Source: Paraspadella gotoi
Taxonomy: Eukaryota; Animalia; Chaetognatha
Direction of reading: 5' to 3'
Length of the DNA stretch: 64,000 nucleotides
Assembly (NCBI GenBank): GCA_051294375.1
Contig: CM119266.1
Location: forward strand, 9,618,538 to 9,682,537
A program made the position numbers and the translations under genes. This document shows positions 35,901 to 47,632 of this stretch, one piece after another. How positions within the stretch are numbered: the first letter of the stretch is position 1; each line of letters starts with the position of its first letter. The notes below the pieces were generated by a model, which searched no databases, was not told the origin of the DNA, and saw only the letters and a program-made list of their open reading frames with translations.

Positions 35901-38900
35901 TTTGTCATCACCCTTCCACCGTGGCCAAGTTTTCCATAGGACACATCGTTTCCAAGGAAATCGAAAAATCCGCTGGCCTCGACCATTGTAAGGCCCTATT
36001 TTGATTAACCAATTAACAATTTTTACATTGATAGGTACGAAAAATGGACTAATTTATATTAATCTTCCCCCCCCCTTCCAGCGAAAAATCCTGTTCTCGA
36101 AAACGGCATGGAAGACAAGGAGAATTGCGAGGGTGCCATCGGAGACAATCTCGGCAAGCTCGGTTCCAAGCAATTAGGAATGATCATGCGCTTCGATCCA
36201 CAGGTCCGCTCGTCGTTAGTTTTTTTCTCTTTTTTGGGGGGGTGTTTATTTATTTTCCAAATGTTCTAATTTCTTGTTGACAGGACGGTAAATTCGAAAT
36301 TAAATGGTTAAACGGATCCATTACCAAAAGCCTCCCTCACGAAATGGTTTCTACGATGAGAGATTTGGATTTTCAATACGACGAGGAAGATGATTATTGG
36401 GTCGAAGAGGCAGACGCCGTTCCCTATGTAAGAAGCTAAACTAAACAAAACAATACCGAAGCATAAACGTATCTATATTTATGAACATTTTTTTATTTTT
36501 GCCCTTTAAGGATTATTACAACGACGAAACTACGTATTCTTCGGAGGGAAAAGTCGACGAGGACGACTGGATGGAGGCCTCGTCGCAAGAAGCCGGGGTC
36601 GGAGCCAGCAAGGCTGCCTCGGAAGACGCCGTCATGGACTATGAAGTGCGTCATCTGACTTACGCCGTTGTTTCACTATTTATTTTCACACGTTTTATTT
36701 TTTTCAGGAAGCGTTGGCCGTCGAGGGAAACATACAGGACTATTTAGGCTCGACGCTTCCTAATACGTTCGGTATGCCTTGATAATAATTGCTCGCTCTA
36801 AGTTTACTATTTTTTATTGACATTGTTATGTTTTGTGCTTTAAAGAAACGTCCAAGAACAACGCGATCTTCGACACGTTTCCCGCTGAAATTCCCGTGGT
36901 CTCGCCGCCACTGCCACCGAAACAAGGACATGACGCTCCTTTGGACGATCAAATGAATATGGGTTTCAAGGTTTTCCGTTTTTTAATTGTCCGACTGCGA
37001 GAAGAGGATGTATAGTAGTTTTTTTTTTGGTACCATCAGAATTTGCCATCGCCCATTCCCTGCCCGATGTTGCCGTCGCACGATTCTGTCGCTGAATCGT
37101 TGTCGTCGACGGAAACGCCCACCGGGATTCCAACGAGCAGCGTGCCCGATGCCCCGGTCCCTTACGTGCCAGCTAACTCGAACCTCATCACTCAAGTTAG
37201 CCTCGCCCAGGTAAGGAATATTTATTTAATTATTATTTAAAGAGGTCGGTTGATTGTCAACTATCTTATAAATAATCACACCCAAACAGGTTATGACGAC
37301 CGTTGGAAAACTGAAAACTGTGATGAACGACGTCGTGAACGTGATCGGTGACCTCGAAGTTGTTTTAAAGACTGCCAACGCCGCGGCCAACACTCAACCC
37401 CATGGCGCCGCTGTCGCCGCCGCCGCTGCCGTGTTTCCAACCGTGCTCTGCTCCAATTGCTCACAACCGACAGCGGTGGCTCCGAACGCATCTTTTCCCG
37501 TCGTTGAAACTAAACCCATGATATCCTACAATGATATTATGAACGCGTTGGAAGAAAAAGGGGCTAGTTCGACTCCAGACGTCCGGGATAACGCGAACGG
37601 TGTACCGGAGAAAGGAAGAGAGAACAGCGCGCCGAACGGAGATAAAGCTTTGAAAAGTAAGACTATGCGTTTTGTGCAGGGACTTAGTGATGGAGACACC
37701 ACAACAATCCCCCTCTAACGTTAGATCTTGACCAAAATTATAATTTGACTCGCACTCTGTCGCGCGTACTTTCTCCCAGGCGTATATTGTCCGCAAGGTC
37801 ACGAGTTGGTGTCGTATAGCGTGGACAACGGGTGGGTCTGCGACGGAAAGAACGATCCTCGCGGATGCGGACGCGGAATCAACAGTTTTTTTCAAACGAC
37901 GGGAATTGCACGCTTCCGTTGCGGAACCTGCGATTACGATCTGTGCGACGCCTGCTACTACATGCGATCGGGTGAAGACTCGAAAACGTTCAACTCGATT
38001 TACTCGAGGCCGCTGACAAACTTATTTACTTTTTCAGGCGCCTCCGGGAAAGTAACAGAGATTATTAACCCTTTGAAAGATTTGCTGCCAACAAAACCGG
38101 ACGAAGGTATAGACTGGTATGGTGCGAAGCGTGGAATCCTATCGCGATTAATGAGACTTGCTTTTATTCTTCAGATCTACTTCCCGTCGAGGGTTATCGG
38201 ATGGAGGATCACATTCACAACGAGCATCACTTTTACCTTTGCAACAATTCAAAGTCAAAACCATCGGCTGCCGTTTCGGCGGGTCAATCGAAAACGATCG
38301 TCGCGATTCAAAAAGAATTGTTCAAACTTAAATTCAATCTGCCTAAGGTGAACAGAGGAAAACGCTTGTGAATGATGTTGCGCTTTAACGATTGGTTTAA
38401 CAATTATCATCGTATTAAAACAATTAACTTACCAGGGAATATGGGTGCGGAGCTTCGAGGATCGTCTCGACATGGCCTCCTTTGCGATTAAAGGGCCGAC
38501 GGGCACCCCCTACGAGGATGGCCTATTTCTCTTCGACGTCTTTTTTCGTGATAACTACCCAAAGAACCCACCCTCTGTCCACTACATCAGTTGTTGCAAA
38601 GGAAAGCTTAACCCTAACCTCTACGAAGATGGTATGGTCTGTCTCTCTTTGCTCGGTACGTGGGACGGCAAAAAAGAAGAGACTTGGAACGAAAAGACCT
38701 CCACTTTTCTACAGGTATAACAATTTTTTTGCTTTTCTTTAAGAAAATAAGTGCTGCAAATTAAACCCGTTTCTTCGACCAGGTGTTGGTCTCCATCCAA
38801 GGACTCGTTCTAAACGCCGAACCTTACTACAACGAGCCTGGCTTCGAGCGCGACAGAGGAAACGCCATCGGAAATGAGAAATGTCAACAGTACAACGAAG

Positions 38901-39365
38901 TGGTGCTGATGAAGCTTCTGGAACACATGTCCAAGTTACTACAGAGACCCGCGAAAATATGGCACGGATTAATCGTCAATCATTTTAGACAACACGGTTG
39001 GAGATTGTATCACAGGTTTGCATAAAATTGAAGCCACTGTCTCCAAAAAACTGGAAGAGAGGTTTATTTTATTTTATTTTTTTTTATCCAGAGTGATGAA
39101 CATGATGGCAATTTCTGCGGAGATAACCGAAGCGTCGGAAGAAACGAGTGATGAAAATGCGGAGACGTCACCTTCGTTGTCCACTGTGTCTAACCATCTC
39201 ATTAACTTTCCCCTGCTGCCGCTCACCCGTGGCGGCTGCATCTCGTTGAAGCGAAGTCTTGACGCCTACAAAAAGGCGCTCATCGCGGCCGGGATCGTTG
39301 AAAATCTCAGTGTCTATGACCCGAAAGACATCGCTCTTCCTGAAGTGGACAAGACAAGAATATGA
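32952..39365 (+). CDS. UBE2O: UBE2O-like E2/E3 hybrid ubiquitin-conjugating enzyme, many exons
   Basis: LTLVDRCFSSGDRV, ATVLWQDG, DFFPG, EEMSIYDL, and a C-terminal UBC domain RSFEDRLD...GPTGTPYEDGLFLFD...LNPNLYEDGMVCLSLLGTW...LVSIQGLVLNAEPYYNEPG. Internal exon boundaries are only partly resolved. Confidence 0.87.
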
Positions 39366-39871
39366 ACGAGAACTTTTATTGCCATCCGAGAAATATTCTG
39401 CTGGAATTTTTAGAATAATAATAAAAAAAGACTAAAAACAAATTATTCTAGTCCTCCAAGGTTTTTTTTTCTAAAGATTCGTCAGTTCGTTTTCTTGGTG
39501 CCTGTTTACTCGCTTGCCTTTTTGATCATTCTTTTAACCATACTAGGAATAATCAAAACGACTTTTTTTTTCCTTTTTACGATCGCTCACGATTTGTCCT
39601 TTAACGGGACAGTTAGTTAAAGTTTCTCCAGACGTTTTATTTAGTTTAGTTGTGTTGAAACAACTTTTTTTTTATTCGTAATCGTCCCAACACATGAACT
39701 ATGCGAATTTTGAACAATGAACCGTCAGTACCGTGTTTGGTTAATATTGGGTAATTTTTACGTTACCCGCTTGTTTCCGTCTCACAATCACTTCTTTTCC
39801 TGAGAACTGTATTTGAGTATCGTTATATTATCTTAACCGAAATACATGTTCCCATTTCAGTTATCATTAAT

Positions 39872-42800
39872 ATGAATCACGATATGCTTGAGCCATCACT
39901 TTTCAGCTTAAAGGTAAATAGCTTGCTATAATGGTTAACGTGAGATTAAATTTAACTACTTAGACTTATTATCTAGGCAATACTTATTCTGGATATTAAC
40001 GGCAACCGGCTTCTCGCCCAGTACTACGATCCTCCAGAAAGAATATCAGCCTTAAATCAACAAAGAGAGTTTGAGAAAGAATTGTTCTCTAAAACGAATA
40101 AAGCAAATGCAGGTGAACTTAGGAACTACAAAAAATTGTAATACATATAATACATAAAGTGATATTTTTGTCATTTATTTGAACGCTGTCTTTTTAATAA
40201 GTTTGGTCATTACTTGACATCCGACAATTTACAATTTGGTTTTAAGCAAAAGTACTGTACGTCGCATGCGGTTTTTCTTTTAAATTCGGTAGTTAGTTAC
40301 TTTCTAAAAAATTGAATCAAGCGTGATATCCACCTTTATGGATTGCAGTAAAGGATTTGATAAAGTTAATCATTATGGGTTATACTTAAAACTAATTGAA
40401 AGAAATGTTCCGCTTTGCTTTTTAAGACTTATTATATATTGGTATTCAAATCTCTACAGTAAATGTAAGTGGCAGGATTGTTAGTGAAATTTTTCATGCA
40501 AAAACTTGGGTTCGTCAAGGAGGGATTCTTAGTCCTTACTTTTGGTCCTTATACGTAAATGATTTAATATTGATTTAAAAAAAAATGGTATTGGTTGTTA
40601 CTTCATAAATATATTTGTAGGTTGCATTTTTTATGCTGATGACATAGTCCTATCGTGTAACTTTACTATTCGACGTCCGCAACCAACTTTAGGTACCAGC
40701 GGTCGGTGGTTTGTTAATCCATTTAATTTTGTTTTCCCTCTAACGTCGAATTTTAGTTTGTACAGTAATATATAATTTTTTTAATTTTATAATAACTAAT
40801 GATTGTTTTATTTATTTTAATTCTATGGCAACAGCCGGGTTGCCTGTGATACCCATTGAGATGGGGCATCTCACTGTTGGCTTTGGGGGCTTCCGACCCT
40901 CAGTGACGCATCCATTCACTGGCGCGGTTACCCTAGGACGGTTTCGCTTTGCCAACGCAGAGGGAAGTCGTTAGGACTGTGGACGGAACACAACGCGTGG
41001 GATGGTGTGTTCCCCCTCTGAGCCAATGTTATTTGCTGAACGATCGTGGACGTGAGGTGGTGTGAATATACCACCACAATTCATATTTTTATGTTTGAGG
41101 TAGAAAATGAATTGTTTGTTGATGTACAACATAAATTTAAAATTTAAGAAACATAAATTTCATCAGCGCACTAACGAATTGACTTGTGAAACAAATATTT
41201 TTACAGACTCTCTCTTCAAACTTTGTGAAAATATTTGATTTGCTGCCAACAAAACCGGACGAAGGTATAGACTGGTATGGTGCGAAGCGTGGAATCCTAT
41301 CGCGATTATTGAGACTTGCTTTTATTCTTCGAGGGTTATCGGTTATTCAAACTTTGTGAAAATATTTGTTTTACAAATCAATTCGATTTTGCGCATATGA
41401 AGGCTTACACTGAGGCACGAATATGTCCGAAATTTTATAATAAAACTCATTGTACATAAACAATATATTTTTTTAACGGTAAGCAAATGGGTTAGGGGTG
41501 GTTAGGGTTAGGGGAGATTTCGAAATAAAATTTGTGATATAAAAATGTTTTACCTTAACCAGTGTCATTTATTTTTGCGTATATGTCGCTCATAAGAAGC
41601 GAAAAACATATAACCGACCGCAAAATCTCGGTCGTCGAATGTAAAAATAAGCCGTCCTATCATCTCCCACATTAGGAGGCATGCAGAGAATGATTGAAAT
41701 TAGTGTTGAATATGGGAAGAAATTCGGTTTTTCTTTTAATTTAAAAAGAAGTACACGATTTTCGGTAAAAACGATTATGGGAGTATTTAAATGTTGATTC
41801 ATGTCATATTGAAAGAGTTACAAGTTTTAACTTAAAATCTGGAAATAAGTTTGCAGAGGAGGATTTAGCCTGCCGTCTAATTCTCCTCTTCCTCTTCTTT
41901 CCTCCTCCTGCCTCCAGTATAATTTTGTCTAGCGATACACTCTCTAGTTTTTACTCTTCGCGAAATATACCATTATTTTTCCCTCTATTTCTTCACGCCT
42001 TCAATACCCCTCAACTTTTGATTTCGGTCCCACACCTGATCTAATGTCCTTTTATAGACCCTCCAATAGTATTTTGAATGCGTTACACAAACCAAATGAA
42101 GCAGTTTTGTTACAATTATTTTACAGTAATTGTGTCTCAGTTCTACGATATGGCTGTGAAGTTAAAGACTTTCGTTGTAAATATATATACCAACTAAATG
42201 TAGCCATTAATAATGGAATTTGTAAGATCTTTGGCTGGCATAGATGGGAAAGCATCATAAACCTTAGAGAATGTTTTGGTTACCCTGACATTTATAATAT
42301 TTTCAAAATTAGTCATGAACGATTCATGAAACGTTTAACTTTGACGAAAAATAAAGTTTTGTCTTATTTCTATGAAAATATATAAATGATCTCGTTGCTT
42401 AGTTTTCCTTCACGTTAACCTATTAATTCTATTTTTTATTTGTTTGGTTTATTTTGTTGCTGATGTATGCTACTGGATCATTCTTGATATGAAATAAATT
42501 TCTCATAAAATACATACATCCATATAAATTGAATCCATATACACATTTATGTTCAAATCGAATTTCAAATGAGCAACGAATCGTAATAATGATTAATGTA
42601 CATATGGATTGAGTGATAACTGATTAAATGAACTAAGTTGGGGACGGGGTTTTAATAATCAAACCTGAACAATTGAAATAGCACATCCTTCTATTTAAAA
42701 ATGTAACCCTCGTCGCCAGAAATCGCGAGCCTCGAGGGATTCACGATCGTGTACCGCAACAGCGTCGACGTTTTCTTTTACGTCGTCGGAAGTTCTCTTG

Positions 42801-43175
42801 AGAACGAACTCCTCCTCTTCTCCGCCTTGAACACTCTCTTCGACTCGATCAGTCTCATCACCAAAAAGAATGTAGAGCATAGAAACTTGCTCTCCAACTT
42901 GGAAGCCGTCTACCTTGGTAATGATAAAAAGGCAACCCTGGAAGTTTATCATCGAATCGAGGGAAGAATAACTCGACGATTGCGTAACCGGGCGAATCTG
43001 GTTTTTGTTTTCAGCCGTGGACGAGATTTGCGATGGCGGGATCATCATCGAGTCCGACCCTGAAGCCGTCGCCTCTCGCTGCTGCCTCAGGCAGGACGAA
43101 CTCTCCCTCAGCGACCAGACTGTCGCCGACGTTTTGCAAAAGGCCAAAGAACAAATCAGGTGGTCGCTTTTGTGA
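39872..43175 (+). CDS. COPZ1: Coatomer subunit zeta, 4 exons, with a 2.6-kb transposon-filled intron (about 40113-42719)
   Basis: [14 protein letters not shown]|[17 protein letters not shown]...FEKELFSKT; [25 protein letters not shown]; [15 protein letters not shown]...[10 protein letters not shown]. Confidence 0.95.
41159..41401. mobile_element. Inverted-repeat (MITE/Helitron-like) element containing a captured host gene fragment
   Basis: ttcatcagcgcactaacgaattgacttgtgaaacaaatatttttaca (41159-41205) pairs imperfectly with tgtgaaaatatttgttttacaaatcaattcgattttgcgcatatgaa (41355-41401). Confidence 0.6.
41237..41342 (+). repeat. Near-identical copy of 38079-38200 (UBE2O exon end, intron and next exon start)
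   Basis: Direct match gatttgctgccaacaaaaccggacgaag...cttttattcttc|gagggttatcgg, with one substitution and a 16-bp deletion. Confidence 0.95.
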
Positions 43176-43657
43176 CCCTCTTTGCGATTCGCTTCGGCAT
43201 TTTGGAATAGAATTATATATTACATAGATGTCTGTCGGTTAGTTAATACAAATTAATAAAAAAAAAAATAACGAATCATTTTGTAATCAGATCTTTATAT
43301 AAAATGTACTCTAGTTACAGAATCTCATCTCGAGTACTCTAGTCCAAAATTAGTTACGAGATTCTATTTCATAAATTGTTATTCTTTTCTACTAGATCAG
43401 ATCTGGCAGAGCTTTTCATGTAGCTGTGGTAGCCAACAAAGTCGCAAAGAAAGCCTCCGGTTTATGGAATCGGGTTCAACCGAAAAAGCAATAAACTTTT
43501 CACTAGTCATTCGATTTTTTTTTTCTCTCATCTGTTTTCTTTCTCAGTCGCATAGTCCAATGTTTTTTCTAGAATTCGTTCATCCGTAGGACATAAACTC
43601 TCGTTTTAAAAATTGGGACTATGATTGACGTGTGATATAAAAAAAACGGAGACAAAA

Positions 43658-44657
43658 ATGAACGTGAGTCACCTGGAAGTGAACTTCACGCGCCTTCTGG
43701 CGCGGTGTGAGAGCATGGCGGCCGAAAAGCGCTTCGACGATTGGCGACTCGAAAAGTACGTCCTGGCTTTGGACGAAATGCTGGCGCAGCTGTCCAACCT
43801 ACCTCCACCCGGGTCGGAGGCTAAGGTGGTTCGGCCGCCGTCGGATATGTTGGCCGCTTACCGGAAAAAGACTGACTTTCTCCGAAACCTCTCGGCCACA
43901 GAAAAACTAACCAAGGCGGGGGATAAGGCTCGCGCCAGCGCCCAGCTTCTAGGCGGGAGTCAAACGGGTCCCGCCCGAGCCTCGGCCTCGGATCAGACTC
44001 CGGGAAAAACTTCGCAGCTTCAAATGACGGCGAAGGCCAGAGTCGATCGAGATCTCAGGGACGAACTGTTCGCCAACGGGGAAGAGAAGGGAGGGGAAGA
44101 GGAGGAGGAGAAGAAGAAAGGGACCGAAAAGGGAAATCGAGATCTCGACAAGCGGGGAATGACGTCCGAGGATTTGGATCAAGTCATGCAACATCATAAG
44201 AACGCTCAGGTTCGGGATCGAGAGATCGTTAAAAAGGTTTTTTTTTCAGTTTCGGCGACGAATGGCCTCCACCCATTTATTTGCCGCAATAAAAACAAAG
44301 TCGAGCAAAAGATTCCGCCCCCAAAGACCTCCCAAACGTTTTCGTGCCCTTCCCCTCTTTTCTGCCCAAATAAATTAATAGGAAAAAATTGCCGAGGAAA
44401 TGTTGGTGATGGCGCGACACTTGAAAGAGTCCACATCCGCGGCTGGCAAAGTCGTTCGCGACGATACCCAACGAATTCAGGCCTCTTCCAAACTCGCCGA
44501 CGCAAATCTCTCAAAGCTTCAAGTGCAGAGCAAGAGACTCGAGGCGCACGTGAAGAAATGTTGCGATTGGTGGGTGTGGATTTCCCTCCTATGCGTTTGC
44601 GCTACTTTTATTATGATGGTTTTATTCATGAAATTATTTAAGAAAAGTACTTTGTGA
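43658..44657 (+). CDS. USE1: ER SNARE Use1 (p31), 2 exons
   Basis: MNVSHLEVNFTRLLARCESMAAEK...WRLEKYV; QEKIAEEMLVMARHLKE SNARE motif; C-terminal transmembrane segment WWVWISLLCVCATFIMMVLFMKLF. Confidence 0.95.
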
Positions 44658-45208
44658 CGGTTAGTTCTGCATTGAATGGAAGGCTAATGTTTTTATATTT
44701 AACAATCAATGTATTTTGAAAACTACTGATAATTACTTATTGCTCGCCTCCTAATATATGTGCTTTAACTTTTTAGATACAAGTCATTTTAGGGCCACGT
44801 CGTTTTTGTCATCCAAGTTATTGAAAAGGTTTTTAAGTATATGTGAAGTATAAAATGATTATGAATGAAATATTTTATTTCCGTTAATACGTTATTAGAT
44901 TTAAAAATCTGGTTTCAACCGCTTTTAACTTGATCATCATGTAACGATTTGCTGATGGTTTTTTCGGTTTGGCCCGTGTTTTCGTTCGTTTTTTTTTTCG
45001 CTACCACCTCAATAATTAATTGTGATATTTTCTCGTTGCTTAGGTACATCTGTACTTAATAAATCGGACTTGATTATCCCCGTACAATATCGAGGTTCTT
45101 CATGAAGCGTTCCCATTGTTTTTTTGAGCAGTGATTAAAGACAAAACAAAAAATCTGTCATGAAAATACATCTTTCTGTTTAATTTCTTTCATTAACTCG
45201 TGGCAACC

Positions 45209-47394
45209 ATGACAACTAAATCTATGTCTTCGCTTCAGCCAACGTTTTTTTTGAAACGACGAATGATTGTGAGCTCTGGATTAAGTTCGCAATCAAGACA
45301 GTTTTATTTCGGGAGTGCGGACGAGAAGACTACAAATGTTTTGGTAATCCTCTTTGATTGCTGCAATATTTATCATACATAAACGAAATTAAGGTTTTTT
45401 CTTTCAGCAACGCGAAATTGATAAACCGGATTCGAATCAATCCTACCAAAGAACCGTTGAACAATACAAAGTCTTTGACATCAACAACGCGAGGGAAAAA
45501 TCTCACGGACTTACTTCTTTTTACTCTCAAAGCGCAATCGAAGCGGCCGGGGCCAAAACGTCCAGACGTTTAAAAACCAGGTGTAATTTTCACCCTGCAA
45601 AATATATACATTTTTGTCAATTTAACCAAATGTCTGTTCTTTGAATTTAGTCAGCTTCTCTACGCGGCTAAAACCGACGACGGGAGTCACATTCTGCGCA
45701 GCGCCAACTACTTGCACCAACAACTTCCGGTTCGCGTCGCGCATCGCGTATTGGGCTTTCGCCAACTCCCCTTCATCGTCGGATGCAACCCCACCATACT
45801 CTCTGTGCACCAGCTGTACATTCGCGCTTTCAACATTCTTTCCGAATTTCCGCCTATTAACGGTCCTTTATAGTTATTATTTAAATGTTATGTTATGAGA
45901 AGTAATGACAGGTCAATTTCAATACGACAATATGCAAATGAGATTGATGAACTCTCATCTCATTTTCGGTTGTATCAAAAGTTCATCTCTTATATTAACG
46001 CAAAGTTGATTTCGAAATAACAGATTTGGCGACGGAACAAGACTATTCCTCGTTGTTGCGAAGCTTGCTGGATGACCACAAGGACGTCGTGACGCATTTA
46101 GCCGCGGGTTTCAAAGAATGCAAAAAGGTGAATGAATTGTTGTTTTAACCGTCGATCAAATGGACTTTTTATCGACGATTGCCATATTTACACCCAGCAC
46201 ATGAAAAATTCTGAAGACGTTCAAATATTCCTTGACCGGACCTTGACTTCGCGTATGGGGATTCGCTTGTTAACAGGTCTTCCGCGCGTCTTAAATAAGT
46301 TTTTTTTTTTTTTAATATTACTTTTATTCGGATCTGCTTATAAATTGATTACCGCTAATTATCGTGGGCAGATCCGACATTGTTTTCTCAAACTTGTTTA
46401 ATCGAAATTGACCGTTTTCCCCCATCCTTTTTTTGGCCCATATCTAGAACACCACCTGGCGCTACACGACGAACAGCCTAACTACGTAGGCGTGTTCAAC
46501 AAAGACATGAGCCTCAAGCGACAGGTTGAGAAATGGGCGGAAGTGAGCACCAATACCTGCAAGCATCGCTATGGTCGCGCTCCTCGAGTCACGATCAACG
46601 GACACCTCAACGCTCATTTCCCTTACTTGGAACAACCGCTCTCGTACATACTCAGCGAGCTGCTGAAAAACGCTATGCGCGCCACCATACAAAATCACAT
46701 GCACGAATCCCATGTGCCAGATATCTCAGTGACGATAGGTTAGTTGCCCGGAAGGGCTATTATGTCCTCATATTTAGCCGCTGTCTATCAACTTTAATTT
46801 GACGTATGTATCAATCATGTCTGCCTCATTTCCCATCATTTTTAAGCCAACAACGAAACTGACTTCATCATTCGAGTGTCGGATCGAGGGGGCGGCATAC
46901 CGCGAGAGTTGGAAGACAAAGTGTTCGAATATCATTACACGACGGCCGACACTATGATTAGCGAAGAAAATGCAGATGACCGAGGATTCTTTAATAACTT
47001 AATCGATGGTAAATAAATGAAATTACAAGTTCTGTCGTTTTTCCTATAATTGTTATTTGAAAACAAAATGTGTAGAAAAAGTTGAGTGGTAGAGAAAATA
47101 TTTGCTGAATGGCTGAAAGTAAGACGTCTTCATTAATAGAAAAGTCTCTTGAAATTGAAAGACGTCGATCAAAATTGGCATTGATCAACATTTATCCTTT
47201 TGTTCGCAGGGGCAAACCGAGGTCCCTCCGGGCCGATGTACGGCTTCGGATTCGGGTTGCCAACCGCAAGGGCGTATGCAAAGTATCTTGGTGGTTCTCT
47301 CACGTTAAAGTCGATGCAAGGAATCGGGACTGATGTTTACCTTCAGCTCAAGCATATTGTCGATCGAAACAGGGGTGGCGGATTTTGGCTTTAA
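45209..47394 (+). CDS. BCKDK: Branched-chain ketoacid dehydrogenase kinase (mitochondrial GHKL kinase), multi-exon
   Basis: [33 protein letters not shown]...[74 protein letters not shown]. Confidence 0.95.
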
Positions 47395-47632
47395 CGAAAA
47401 TGTAACTCATTTTCTCTTGACGTTAGTCTATTTACAAAGTAATTTGACCACAAAAAATTACAAATTACAAAAATTAAATTTCCATTATTTTTGTTCTATT
47501 TATTTACTTTTAGGGCATAACTTTTTTGAAAATAAAATATTACTTTCCTAAACTTAATATTCAATTTACTTTAAAGTCATAATTCGGAAGAATTGATATC
47601 AAAAGCTATGTAGATACTTCGAAGCAACTTTT

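Larger units (their letters stand above)
40157..42500 (+). mobile_element. 5'-truncated, decayed non-LTR retrotransposon (LINE reverse transcriptase) interrupted by other insertions at about 40655-42040
   Basis: 40160-40655 translates, with stops and frameshifts, to LQFGFK...[14 protein letters not shown]...[10 protein letters not shown]...YVNDL...[11 protein letters not shown] 42044-42385 looks like a LINE ORF2 C-terminus. AATAAA and TACA repeats occur near 42493-42520. Confidence 0.85.

Noticed and set aside
41489-41514. TTAGGG-like repeats as an interstitial telomere
   Set aside because: Only about three imperfect units inside a transposon-rich interval; such GTTAGG motifs are common in small DNA elements.
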